From: Pseudomonadota bacterium
Lineage (GTDB): Bacteria > Bdellovibrionota_B > Oligoflexia > Oligoflexales > CAIYRB01
NCBI GenBank assembly: GCA_031416315.1
Contig: JANOTL010000109.1
Location: 64,001-128,000, forward strand
Length of the DNA: 64,000 nucleotides
Direction: 5' to 3'
Shown here: piece by piece, positions 63,999-64,000 of the stretch
How positions within the stretch are numbered: position 1 is the stretch's first letter
Layout of the letters: each line of letters begins with the position of its first letter
Made by a program: the position numbers and the translations under genes
Notes under the pieces: model-generated
What the model was told of the DNA's origin: nothing
What the model saw: only the letters and a program-made list of their open reading frames with translations
Databases searched by the model: none

Positions 63999-64000
63999 CT

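Noticed and set aside
1..64000. CRISPR arrays, tRNA/rRNA, IS/integrase/prophage genes
   Set aside because: None recognised by eye; a covariance-model scan would be needed to exclude small RNAs.

Overview
High-GC bacterial chromosomal window with dense genes and no rRNA, tRNA, CRISPR or mobile element visible. Gene content tentatively suggests a Bdellovibrionota/Oligoflexia-like organism (inference only). In order: truncated ECF sigma factor; HU with a Lys-rich tail; a MauG-like di-heme enzyme paired with a lysyl-oxidase-like lipoprotein; two hybrid kinases; a peptide ABC transporter; pepP and speE; a GT2/GT-C fusion next to an LTA-synthase-family gene; an Ig/LamG lipoprotein; an M14 peptidase; a cryptic double-Shine-Dalgarno small transcript; a type II PKS/FAS-like cluster (long ACP, split-site double-hotdog dehydratase, KS plus Cys->Gln CLF-like KS, terminal reductase, KR, B12 radical SAM, PPTase) followed by MBOAT, SGNH-like, FtsX-like and LolA-like genes. 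The best candidate for an undescribed system is at 43.4-52.8 kb: a MotA/MotB stator with Na+-type signatures is encoded beside a single protein that looks like a natural FliF(RBM3)-TM-FliG rotor fusion, together with a PP2C sensor phosphatase, a FecR-like protein and a divergent TPR/PEGA lipoprotein plus OM beta-barrel operon. No flagellar export, rod or hook genes are in the window, and the locus abuts a DsbA-like gene and a >3,280-aa Cys-rich Ig-repeat/RCC1 surface protein. All family calls come from motif recognition by eye; no searches were run.
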